Below, piece by piece: positions 22,893 to 35,164 of a stretch of 64,000 nt of DNA. Position 1 is the stretch's first letter; every line of letters begins with the position of its first letter. Source of the DNA: Azolla caroliniana (Eukaryota; Plantae; Polypodiophyta); assembly GCA_043228905.1 (NCBI GenBank), contig JBHGNT010000022.1:2108001-2172000 (forward strand). The letters run 5' to 3'. The position numbers and the translations under genes are program-made. The notes under the pieces are model-generated. The model had not been told where the DNA came from, made no database searches, and was given only the letters and a program-made list of their open reading frames with translations.

Positions 22893-25800
22893 TCACTCCG
22901 GCATGGGGTGTCTTTCCAGCCCGATCCTCTTCCGGCATGCGTCCAGCTTGTCGGGTGTCAGCACTTTGGTCAGCATAACTGACCCGTTCTCGGCCGTGTG
23001 GATCTTCGCCAATGCGAACTCCTGGTCATCTACCCTTTCCCGGATCCAGTGATACCTCCGCTGGATATGCTTCGTCCGGGAATGGTAGGCCGCATTCTTA
23101 GCAAGGTGGATGGCACTTTGACTGTCGCAGAAGAGTCGGTATTCCTCTTGCCGGATACCGAGCTCCCCGATGAAGTCCTTCATCCATAATATTTCCTTGC
23201 CGGCTTCCACAGCCGCCATGTACTCCGCCTCTGTGGTTGACAATGCAACTGTCTTCTGCAGCCTCGACTGCCACGAGACAGCTCCCCCTGCATATGTCAT
23301 CACATACCCGGATGTAGACCGGCTGGTATCCACATCAGCCGACATGTCCGAATCGGTGAAACCGTCTAGTTGAGGTTTTCCGGAGCCGAATCGGAGACAC
23401 ATATTTGAAGTGCCCTTCAAATACCGGAGTATCCACTTGACCGCGTTCCAATGCTCCTTGCCGGGATTGCTCATAAACCGGCTCACCACTCCGACTGCGT
23501 ATCCAATGTCTGGTCGGGTACAAACCATTGCGTACATCAAGCTCCTGACGGCAGAGGCATATGGAATCTTCATCATATCTGCCTTCTCTCCTTTTGTCTT
23601 CGGGCTTTGCTTGCCGGACAACTTGCAGTTTGCCGGAAGTGTCGATCTGACCGGTTTTGCATCTGACATGTTGAACAGGTGAAGCACCTTTGTCACATAC
23701 TTCTCCTGTGACAGCCATAATTGCTTCACTGACCGGTCCCGAATGATGTGCATCCCCAACATCTGTCTTGCCGGACTCAAGTCCTTCATTGAGAAGGTCC
23801 GGTTGAGAGCCTTCTTCAGCATCCGTATTTTGCCTTGGTCTTGTCCGACGATCAACATGTCATCCACGTACAGGAGGAGTATCAGGAAGTCCCCTCCTTC
23901 GAACTTCTTCACAAACACGCAGTGATCGGCCTGCGTCTTGTGGTACCCTTGATTGGTCATGAAGGAGTCGAACTTCCGATACCATTGCCGGGGAGCCTGC
24001 TTCAGTCCGTATAGGCTCTTCTTCAACCGGCATACCAGGTGCTCCTTCCCTTTCTCCACAAATCCTTCCGGTTGCTGCATGTAGATCTCCTCTTCGAGGT
24101 CGCCGTGAAGGAATGCCGTCTTCACGTCCAACTGCTCTACCTCGAGATCCAAGCTTGCTGCTATACTCAGCACCGTCCGGATGGAGGTCATCTTTACTAC
24201 CGGGGCGAATATTTCGTCGAAGTCCACGCCCTTCTTCTACTGGAACCCCTTCACCACGATCCTGGCTTTGTATCTCGGGGGGGTGCCGGCATCTCCCGGT
24301 TTCAACTTGAATACCCACTTGTTTCGGAGTGCCCGCTTTCCTTTCGGCAGCTCCACCAATTCGTACGTATGGTTCTCATGTAGGGAATCCATCTCATCCT
24401 GCATGGCACTTAACCATTTTCGGCTGTGGGTGTCAACCTTCGCTTCTTCGAAGCTTTCCAGCTCCCCCTCATCGGTCAGCAGGACATGCTCTGCATCCGG
24501 AAATCTCCGGGGCGCCCTTCTCTCTCTGAGAGGATATCTACGTCTTCGGGCTTCGGTAATCGGTTCCTCCATTTGCTCTTCATCCGAATCCGATTCGGGG
24601 TCTTGACCGGTTCCGGTCTCAGCTTCCTCTACTTCTTCTTCTGCCGGTTCGGTATCCTCACCGTAACCGGCTGGTTCCTCGAGTGCTAACCGGTCTCCTG
24701 CCGGTTGGGTCTGCTCATTGTAGAGTCTATCCTTACCGGTCAACTCGGAGTTCACTATCTTCTTCTCCGACTCCCAGTCGGCGAGCGTCTTGTCCTCCAT
24801 GAAGATAATATCTCGACTCCGGAATACCTTCTTGTCGACCGGGTCCCACACTCGGTAGCCGAACTCATCGTCACCGTAACCGAGGAATATGCATGGCCGG
24901 GTCTTTGGATCTAGCTTTCCTCTCCGGTCCTTTGCTACATGCACGTACGCGAGACACCCGAACACCCTTAGATGCCGGTAGGACACTTCCTTACCGGTCC
25001 ATACTCTCTGTGGCGTGTCTCCGTCCAGGGGTACTGAGGGTGATCTGTTTATCACATATGTCGCCGTCGACAGTGCCTCAGCCCAAAACTTCTTGGGTAG
25101 TTTTGCATGCGCTAGCATACTCCGGACCCTCTCCATTATGGTCCGGTTCATCCTCTCGGCCAGTCCGTTTAGCTCCGGCGTCTTCGGCACGGTAAATTCG
25201 AGCCGGATTCCCTTCGAGCGGCAGTACTCCTCGAACTGCCCCCGGTAGTCACCTCCGTTATCTGCTCGAACCACCTTCAGCTTCTGGCCGGTTTCTCTTT
25301 CCACTCTCGCGTGGAGCTCTTTGAAGACGGATAACACCTGATCCTTCGTCTTCAGCGGTGTGGCCCACAGCTTCCGGTTGTGGTCATCTATGAACGTCAC
25401 GAAGTACTGCGCTCCGGCATGTGACTTCGTGTCTACTTGACAGACATCCGTATGCACCAACTCCAGTGGTGCATTACGTCTCATCGGTGGCCTTGGTCGG
25501 AAGGAGGTCCGGTTCTGCTTACCGGCCAGACAATCAGTGCACTTCTCTAAGTGCACGTTCTTCACTGGAATGAGGTTGTCGTCTCCAAGCCTCTTCATCC
25601 CCTTCTCACTCATGTGACATAGCCTCTTGTGCCACAGCTCACCGGCAGTGTCGGAAGCCACGTTCACTTCTTCCGGACATAACCGGGCATTCATCAGGTA
25701 CAGTGTGTTTACCTTTCGGGCCCGATCCACAATCAGGCTCCCTTTGCTGAACTTCATGACACCGTTCCGGATGCTACCCGTGTAGCCTTCATCATCCAGC

Positions 25801-26954
25801 CGACCGGCTGATATCAGGTTCAGACGTACTTCCGGAACGTGTCGGACATCTTTCAACAGCAACTTGCATCCGGTTGGTGTTGTCAGCCACACGTCTCCTA
25901 TGCCGACAATTCGGCATGTTCCTTCATTCCCCATCCGGACACAGCCGTGATCACCGGCTGAGTAGGATGAGAAGCATTTCCGGTCCGGGGTAAGGTGGAA
26001 CGACGCTCCGGAGTCTACCACCCAGGTCATCTCATCGCCGGCATGGTTTATCTCACTCTCCTCGGTGATGAGCATCAATTCCTCTTCACTTGCCGCAATT
26101 GCCGTCGTTCCCTTCCGGTCCGGACCCCTCCGGTCTTTACCGTTCCGGTCTGTACCGTTCCGGTTCGGTGTTTGCTTCGAATCGGTACCGTCGGTTTCCT
26201 TGTCTTTACAGAAATGCCGACAGTTCTTTTGGAAGTGTCCCGGCTTGCCGCAATAGAAGCAAGTCGGCCTCCCCCTTGACTTTGATCGTGTCCCCGACTT
26301 CTCCCGGTTCTGGGGGCTACGGTTTCTATGTCTTCCGCGTTCCGATTCGGTAAGGAGCGCTTTGGAGTCGGAGCTCGTATCTTTGTCTTTCCGACGAGCC
26401 TCCTCATCTAGCAAGCTCGATTTTACTCTTGCTAGGGATAGCCGTTTTCCTTCCGGCCCGGCGTTGCCCAAAGTAACAACTAACGTCTCCCAGCTATCCG
26501 GGAGGGAACCGAGCAGGAGTAACGCTAGGACCTCATCGGCAAGAGGTACTTCCAATGACGTTGCCTGGTGAATCAGCCCCTGGAAGGCATTCATATGCTC
26601 CGCCATGCTGGAGCCATCTTGGTACCGGAGTCTTACAAGCTTCCGGAATACCGACGCCTGATTGACAACATTTTTGTTCTGGAACATCATGCCGATCTTC
26701 TCCCAGAGCTCATGAGCCTTGCTCTCTTCATTGAAGTTGTTGTACAGGCTCATGTCGATGAAGCACCGTATGTACGCCGTTGTCTTCATGTGCATCACCT
26801 CCCATATAGCGGCGTCGATTTTGGCCGGTCTCTTGTCCCCGAACTGAACCGGCAGCCAGAGGTCTTTAACCACGAGCATGTCCCTCATCTTCGACTTCCA
26901 CACTGAATAGTTGGAGCCGGTGAGCTTGAACATGCCGCCAAACGATTCGTCCAT
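22893..26954 (-). pseudogene. gag-pol: C1 gag-pol in a single frame with one nonsense codon (TAG at 24239-24237)
   Basis: MDESFGGMFKL start; CFYCGKPGHFQKNC; WVVDSGAS; integrase VHTD..RADNGG..E; RT LLLYVDDML; RNaseH FTDSD. The paralog C2 has CAG at the stop. Confidence 0.92.
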
Positions 26955-27260
26955 TTTCTGTGTCGATTTCGCTCTGATACCACTTGTTGGGAACTCGACG
27001 TTCCTTATGTCCGACGCTCGGCCACAACCGAGATTCTTTTCATACACAGAAAAACAGGTAATGAAACGCGACACAAAAGAGGAGAAATGGTACACAGGAG
27101 GTATACGTGGAAAACCCCAAAATAGGGGAAAAACCACGGCAGCCCACAAGCTGCAAACTGTCACTATGTAGAAATATACAACAGTGAGATCACTGAGGCA
27201 ACGACCTCGTGCTCTCAGATCTTCGCCACAGGCGGCGGTTACAACAGAGGCAACGACCTC

Positions 27261-27295
<35 letters not shown>

Positions 27296-29853
27296 CAGTT
27301 ACGCGCTCTGATTTCTTCTTCTACACAACACCAAAAGAATAACAACAAGAATGACAACTAATAACTAAAAGTTTGCCCTAAGTCATATTTATACTAATAT
27401 GACTTTTCGGCTATTTACAAATGTAGCCTCGATGGGCTCCATCCGGCTCTCCACAGTCGGGTACTCCTCATCCGGTTCATACTGGGCCTACACCATCCGA
27501 CTCTCCGCAGTCGGGTACTCCTCATCTGGTTCTCCGCAGTCGGGTACTCCTCATCCGGTTCATATCGGGCCTACACCATCCGACTCTCCGCAGTCGGGTA
27601 CTCCTCATCCGGTTCTCCGTTTCTCATCTGGTACAACAGCACTGTTTGTTCGTCGGCACTGTTCTTCTCCCTTCCCATCCGGAGGGACCTGTCTACCAAC
27701 AGCATCCAGCCTCCTCCGCTTCTCATCTGGTACATGCACATATGCAATGCTACCGAATATCCGAAGGTGTCTCAAATTCGGCTTGCGCCCGAAATACAAC
27801 TCATGCGCGGACACCTTGTCACCGATTCAGTTTTGGATGTAGACGGCCGTCGGGACTGCCTCCGCCCAATAGAAATGGGGCATGCTCTTCTCTTCCAGCA
27901 TTGCCCTTGCTGCGTCGACAAGCGACCGGTTCTTCCTTTCGGCCACACCGTTTTGCTCCGGTGTGTATCTGCAGCTGAACTCTCTCCGAATTCTTGTTTG
28001 TTGCAGATAACTATTGAATTGGCCGGAAAAATATTCTTTTCCGCCATTTGATCGCAGGCACTTGATCTTTCTCTCCGATTCCTATTCCACCATGCTTTGG
28101 AGGTTCTGGAAACAGTCGAAGACTTCGCTCTTCTGCTCAATGAGGTAGATCCATGTGTGCCGGCTATAGTCGTCGATGAAGGAGACGAAGTATCGACTCC
28201 CGTCAAGACTCACGTTCTGTGCTGGTCCCCATACATCCGAATGAATAAGGTCGAGCTTGTTACGGCTACGGTTTCATTCGGTGGAGAATGGAAGCCGGTG
28301 TTGCTTCCCGAGTTGGCAGGCTTCACATACTTGGGCCTTCCGGCTCTCGAACTTCGGCAAACCGAGAACAACTTGTTTCGTTTGCAGGTCTTGAAGCCTC
28401 TGATAATTGACGTGGCCGATCCGCTTGTGCCAGAGATCGATGTCCGATTCAATCTTCTGTCCTTTGGCGAACAAAGCGGTGCCGACGTCATTGGTGTTGA
28501 GGATGAACATCCTCCCTTCTCTGCGCCCTTGTGCAATAATCTAGTCCTCCTCCTCGATGAAGCACCCGAGGTGCGTAAACCGCACTTGCATTCCTTGGTC
28601 GACAATTTGTCCGACCGACACCAGTTTCTTCGTGATGGTCGAAATGTGTAATACGTTCATAAGCTTCCCCCTCTGTCTGATGTGGCTCAAAGGGACTTCA
28701 CCGATATGCACGATTGGGTGAGGAGTGTCGTCTCCGGTTTCGACAACTCCAGGTTGTTCCGGTTTCTCCAGGAAGGAGAACCACTCTTTGTGGTTCGTCA
28801 TGTGATTTGACGCATCGAATCAACATACCACACTTCCTCCGATTTGGAAGTGGTTTTCTTCATCGAATTTGCCTCGTGCTTCATAACCAAGGTTGGCCCC
28901 TTATCGGTCTTCCCAATACCGGATCCTTTCGAACCCTGCGCGTAGTACGAGCTTTGCCGGTTCTCCTGACCGGTCTTGCCAAATCCAGATTTGTCCGAAT
29001 CGGCGCGCTTCTTCGAGCATTCGCTTTCTCTATGGACCTTTTGGGCACAATACCAACATTCCGTGGCAGATTTGTCTTGCTGGCCTTCGGCGCCACCTTG
29101 ACTCCCCCTGCTTGTGGAGTCCCGGAACTGTTGTCGGCACGTTCTCTGTGCCTTCTTTCTTGCTCTTGCCGGCCGCCTCCAGTGCGTGCCGACCCACCTC
29201 ATCCCCCACGCCCATGGGGCTTATCCGCCTCTGTGTACAACATCCGGCTGTCGGTGGGTGCACTTGTTGACGCACCGGCGTGGTTCTCCTCTACAAGGAG
29301 CATCGAGACCTGTACCATCTCGTCTTCCTCTACCGTGACATTGATAGAGGCAAGCGAGTCACAGATATCTTTGATTCAGGCCGTGTAATCAGCCACCGAC
29401 ATGTCCTTCTGCTGGACATTGCTCAACTCCTATTGGAGTTGCAGCTTCCGGGCTGTAGTGCTTGCGGCGAACACCTTCTTCAGGTTTCCCCAAGCCTCTT
29501 TCGGCATCTTGGCATCTCGGACGTGGCTCAGCAGCTGGTCTCCGACACTGGATGCAAAGCAGTACATCACTTTGCTTACCAATTGTGCCCACACCGGGAA
29601 GTCCTTGTGTGCCACATCAGGTGCTGTGTCGTTAGCTCCGTCGATATAGCTCTAGTAACCATGCCCAAGCAGGTACTGGTGCATCTTGTATGACCAAGAT
29701 GCGCAGTTGGATCTGTCGAGCTTTTCCACCGGGAGCGAGCTAGCCATTCCTCGATCCATTTGTGTTTTTTTTGTTCTTTGCAAAGGTTAGGTTTTCTTCT
29801 TGCGAAAGCGAATGTCGGTTGCAGAGGTTCTCAACCCTCGTGCTCTGATACCA

Positions 29854-30261
29854 TGTAGAAACAAATAGCGTGCGGAAGCAATAGAAAACAGAAAACAGAG
29901 AACATGTTTAATGGAGAGCTTAACTATACGGGAGAGAGACAGAGAGAGAGAGCACACAAAAACTTAATTCAAAAAATACTACTCAGTTTGTACATCATAT
30001 GTGTTCCGCGAACACTTTTATACAAGTCCATCTAGACTGACAGAAGTACGGTGTACTTCAATGCTCACACGAGCGTCTGACACTAACTATGAGATATTAA
30101 CTCCCTAGTAGACTAGCTGCTACTTGGCTTCCAGTTACTGCTTGATGTAGCTAACCGGCTCCCCAGCTCACCGGCTCACCAATCCGGCTCGTCCTTCTGG
30201 ATGCCGATCCGGCTTAGGCTTATTCAGCCGATCCGGATCCGGTTGAGCTTGCCGCTCAACA
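29854..30261 (-). repeat. 5' LTR of B
   Basis: Adjacent to the PBS; flanked by TSD ATTAA. Confidence 0.92.
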
Positions 30262-30763
30262 ATTAAAAAGAATAACATTTGGGCATCCAAGGTCTATTTG
30301 ACATACACCTAAAGAGTGTGGCTATATCTCCACCCTATCCACATTCGAAGATTTCAGAAGATTTCGTTAAGTGACTCAATTTGCATTGAATCCAACAAGC
30401 TTGGGACATAACTCAAGTTTTTGTTTAGAGATCACCTTAGTTAACACGTCAACAACATTATAATTTGAGTGAATTTCTTGAGTTATAATAGTTGGTTTCG
30501 TCTTCAATTGCCAAGCATAGCCAAGTTATGCAGGTGTAATGGCCTTGGTGGACCATGTCCTCGACATGGACCGAGGGCAGACTAGCCATATGCTTACCTT
30601 GGCCAAACTTCCATAGGATCTCCATAGAAAAAGTTGCCCAATGCATAGTATGCCTTAATGTCGACGATTTTGCCAACAATTTCACATTATGCATCCAATG
30701 CACCATTTGACATTCTTTAACAAAATCAATGAAGCATTGTGAATATCACATGTTGGTCAAAAC

Positions 30764-33700
30764 CACTAGGCAACATCATTGGAAGTACCTCTCGCAGATG
30801 AGGTACTAACACTACTCCTGCTCGGTTCCCTCCCAGATAGCTGGGAGACGTTGGTTGTCACTTTGGGCAACGCCGGGCCGGAAGGGAAACAGTTATCCTT
30901 GGCAAGAGTGAAGTCGAGCATGCTAGATGAGGAGGCACGTCGGAAAGACAAGGATACGAACTCTGACTCCAAAGCACTCATTACCGAATCGGAACGCGGA
31001 AGACAAAGGAACCGTAGTCCCCAGAACCGGGAGAAGTCGGGGACACGGTCAAAGTCAAGGGGGAGGCCTACCTGCTTCTATTGCGGCAAGCTGGGAAACT
31101 TCCAGAAGAACTGTCGGCACTTTCGAAAAGATAAGGAAACCGATGGTACCGATTCGAAGCGGACACCGGATTGGAACGGTAAAGACCGGATTGGAACGGA
31201 CCGGAAGGGAACGACGGAAATCGCGGCAAGTGAAGAAGAGTTGATGCTCATCACCGAGGAGAGTGAGCTAAACCTTGCCGGCGATGAGATGACCTGGGTG
31301 GTCAACTCCGGAGCATCGTTCCACCTTACCCGGACCGGAAATGCTTCTCATCCTACTCAGTCGGTGATCACGACTGTGTCCGGATGGGGAATGAAGGTAC
31401 ATGCCAAATTGTCGGCATAGGAGACGTGTGGTTGACAACACCAACTGGATGCCAGCTGCTGCTGAAGGATGTCCAACACGTTCCGGAGGTTCGTCAGAAC
31501 CTGATATTAGCCGATCGGCTAGATGATGAAGGCTACACGGGTAGCATCTGGAACGATGTTATGAAGTTCAACAAAGGGAGCCTGATTGTGGCTCGGGCCC
31601 GGAAGGTCAACACATTGTACCTGATGAATGCCCGGTTATGCCTGGAAGAAGTGAACGTGGCATCCGACACTACTGGTGAGCTGTGGCACAAGAGGCTGTG
31701 TCACATGAGGGAGAAGGGGATGAAGAGGCTTGCAAACGACAACCTCATTCCAGTGAAGAACGTGCACTTGGAGAAGTGCACTGATTGTTTGGCCGGTAAA
31801 CAAAACCGGACCTCCTTCCGATCGAGGCCACCGATGAGACGTAATGCACCACTAGAGTTGGTGCATACTGATGTATGTCAAGTGGACACGAAGTCACATG
31901 CCGGATCGCAGTACTTTGTGACGTTCATAGATGACCACAGCCGGAAGCTGTGGGACACACCGTTGAAGATGAAGGATCAGGTGCTATCCGTCTTCAAAGA
32001 GCTCCACGCGAGAGTGGAAAGAGAAACCGGACGGAAGCTGAAGGCGGTTCGAGTAGATAACGGAGGTGAATACTGAGGGTAGTTCGAGGAGTACTGCCGC
32101 TCGAAGGGAATCCGGCTCGAATTTACTGTGCCAAAGACGTCGGAACTAAACGGGCTAGCCGAGAGGATGAACCGGACCATAATGGAGAGGTTCCGGAGTA
32201 TGCTAGCACATGCTAAGCTACCCAAGAAGTTTTGGGCTGAGGCGCTGTCGACAACGATGTATATGATTAACAGATCACCCTCAGTGCCCTTGGATGGAGA
32301 CTCACCGCAAAAGGTGTGGACCGGTAAGGAAGTGTCCTACCGGCATCTGAAGGTGTTCGGGTGTCTCGCGTACGTGCATGTTGCTAAGGACGGGAGAGGA
32401 AAGTTGGATCCAAAGACCCGGCCATGCATATTCCTCGGATACGGCGATGATGAGTTCGGCTACCGAGTGTGGGATTCGGTTGACAAGAAGGCTTTCCGGA
32501 GCCGAGATATTATCTTCATGGAGGACAAGACTCTTGCCGACTGGGAGTCGGAGAAGAAGATAATGAACTCTGATGAGATTCGGACCCACCCGGCTAAGAG
32601 CTGGTTGACACTCGAGGAACCAGCCGGTTACGGTGAGGATACCAAACCGACAGAAGAAGAAGTAGAGGAAGCTGAAATCGGAACCGGCCAAGACCCCGAA
32701 TCGGATTCAGATGAAGAAGAAATAGTGGAGCCGGTTGCCGAAGGCCAAAGACGGAGATATCCTCTCAGAGAGAGAAGGGCCCCCCGGAGATTTCCAGATG
32801 CAAAGCATGTGCTGTTGACCGATGAGGGAGAGCCGGAAAGCTTCGAAGAAGCGAAGGATGACACCCACAACCGCAAATGGTTAAGTGCCATGCAGGATGA
32901 GATGGATTCCCTGCATGAGAACCATACGTATGAATTGGTGGAGTTGCCGAAAGAAAAGCGGGCACTCCGAAATAAGTGGGTGTACAAGCTGAAATCGGGA
33001 GATGCTGGCAAACCCCCGAGATACAAAGCCAGGATTGTGGTGAAGGGGTTCCAGCAGAAGAAGGGTGTGGACTTCGACGAGATATTTGCCCCGGTAGTAA
33101 AGATGACTTCCATCCGAACGGTGCTGAGCATAGCGGCAAGCATGGACCTCGAGGTAGAGCAGCTGGACGTGAAGACGACATTCCTTCACGGTGACCTTGA
33201 AGAGGAGATCTACATGCAACAACCGGAAGGATTCGTGGAGAAAGGGAAGGAGCACCTGGTTTGCCGGTTGAAGAAGAGCCTGTACGGACTGAAGCAGGCT
33301 CCTCGACAATGGTACCGGGAGTTCGACTCCTTCATGACCGACCAAGGGTATCACAAAACGCAAACTGATCACTACGTATTTGTGAAAAAGTTCGAAGGAG
33401 GCGACTTCCTGATACTCCTTCTGTATGTGGATGACATGTTGATCGACGGACGAGACCAAGACAAAATATGGATGTTGAAGAAGGCTCTCAACCGAACTTT
33501 CTCAATGGAAGACTTGGGCCGGCAAGACAGATACTGGAGATGCACATCATCTGGGACCGATCAAAGAAGCAATTGTGGTTGTTAGAGGAGAAATACGTGA
33601 CAAAGGTGCTTCAGCGGTTCAACATGTTAGAACTGAAACCGGTCGGATCGACACTCCTGACAAACTACAGACTATCCGGTAAGCAAAGGCCGAAGACGAA

Positions 33701-35164
33701 AGCAGAGAAGGCTTATATGATGAAGGTTCCATATGCCTCTGCCTTCGGGAGCTTGATGTACGCAATGGTTTGTACTCGACCGGATATTGGATACGCAGTC
33801 GGAGTGGTGAGCCGGTTTATGAGGAATCCCGGCAAGGAGCACTGGAACGCGGGCAAATGGATACTTCGGTACCTGAAGGGCACTTCGAATATGTGTCTCC
33901 GATTCCGCTCCGGTAAACCTCAACTTGACGGTTTTACCGATTCGGACATGTCGGCTGATGTGGATACCAGCCGGTCTACATCCGGGTATGTAATGACATA
34001 TGTAGGGGGAGATGTTTCGTGGCAGTCGAGGCTGCAGAAGACGGTTGCGTTGTCAACCACGGAGGCGGAGTACATGGCGGCTGTGGAAGCCGGCAAGGAA
34101 ATATTATGCATGAAGGACTTCATCGGAGAGCTCGGTATCCGGTGAGATGAATACCGGCTCTGTTGCGACAGTCAAAGTGCCATCCACCTTGCTAAGAACA
34201 CAGCGTACCATTCCAGGACGAAGCACATCCAACGTAGGTATCACTGGATCTGGGAGTGAGTAGAAGATCAAGAGTTTGCGCTGACGAAGATCCACACGGC
34301 CGAGAACGGGTCAGATATGCTGACCAAAGTGTTGATACCCGACAAGCTGGATGCATGTCGGAAGCGGATCGGACTAGTAAGACATCCCACGCCGGAGTGA
34401 AAGGGGAGTTTGTTAGGAAACAGGTCCCTACCGGATGGGAAGTGAGAACCGGATGTGGAGTACCCGGCAACGGAAGACCCGGTGAGAACCGGATGACGAG
34501 TGCCTGGCAAGGAAGACCCGGTGAGAACCGGATGTGGAGTACTCGGCAACGGAAGACCCGGCGAGAAGCGGATGACGAGTGCCCGACAAGGAAGACCCAG
34601 TGAGAACCAGATGACGAGTACCTGGCAAGGAAGACCCGGTGAGAACCGGATGACGAGTGCCCGACAAGGAAGACCCGGTGAGAACCGGATGTTGCAGGCC
34701 CGGTGCGAACCTCTCATCGGATGGAAGGGACATATATGTAAATATGTCCCAGAGAGCCCACTGGGGCTATATTTGTAAATAGCCCGAAAGTCATATTAGT
34801 GTAAATATGACCTAGGGCAAACTTAATAGCCATGATGATAGAGTTATTGGTGTAACGACTGTACAGAGAGAGAGATAGAGAGAGCGATACAGAGCATGTC
34901 TCTGTTGTAACCGCCGCTAGGCGAAGATTGGGAGCAAGAGGTCGTTGCCACTGTGCTCCCTGTTGTATTACTTTATAGAGTGATAGTTTGGAGTCTGTGG
35001 AATCCCGTGGTTTTTCCCACTCAGGGTTTTCCACAAGAATATCCTGTGTATACACTTTCTGTTTTGTCAACTTACCTCCATTCTCATTTCTTCTGTGTTT
35101 TGATTGTCATCAAGTGATTTACGCTTCGGTTGTGGCCGGAGATTAATCCGCGCATTTCTCATCA
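30764..35164 (+). mobile_element. Element C2: 5'-truncated Copia of the C1 family, inserted in the 3' LTR of F
   Basis: gag-pol collinear with C1 from TSLEVPLADE, with frameshifts and stops; PPT 34400-34410; LTR 34411-35164 with ~30-bp tandem repeats (34445-34690). Confidence 0.9.

Larger units (their letters stand above)
22176..27701 (-). mobile_element. Element C1: near-intact Tnt1-like Ty1/Copia nested in the B integrase
   Basis: LTRs 22176-22882 and 26985-27701 (about 3 substitutions plus CT-repeat length); TSD GCATC (22171-22175 / 27702-27706); PBS 26982-26971; PPT 22894-22883. Confidence 0.96.
13099..30261 (-). mobile_element. Element B: full-length degenerate Ty1/Copia carrying three nested insertions
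   Basis: LTRs 13099-13521 and 29854-30261; TSD ATTAA (13094-13098 / 30262-30266); tRNA-iMet PBS 29853-29842; PPT 13522-13532; gag ATG at 29747; GAG-PR-IN-RT-RH fragments in Copia order. Confidence 0.93.

Noticed and set aside
24237-24239. Programmed stop readthrough in C1 pol
   Set aside because: The stop lies inside RT and paralog C2 has CAG, so a point mutation is simpler.
26955-27164. First 70 aa of the 975-aa ORF
   Set aside because: It lies in the LTR/PBS. The real start is most likely ATG 26954.
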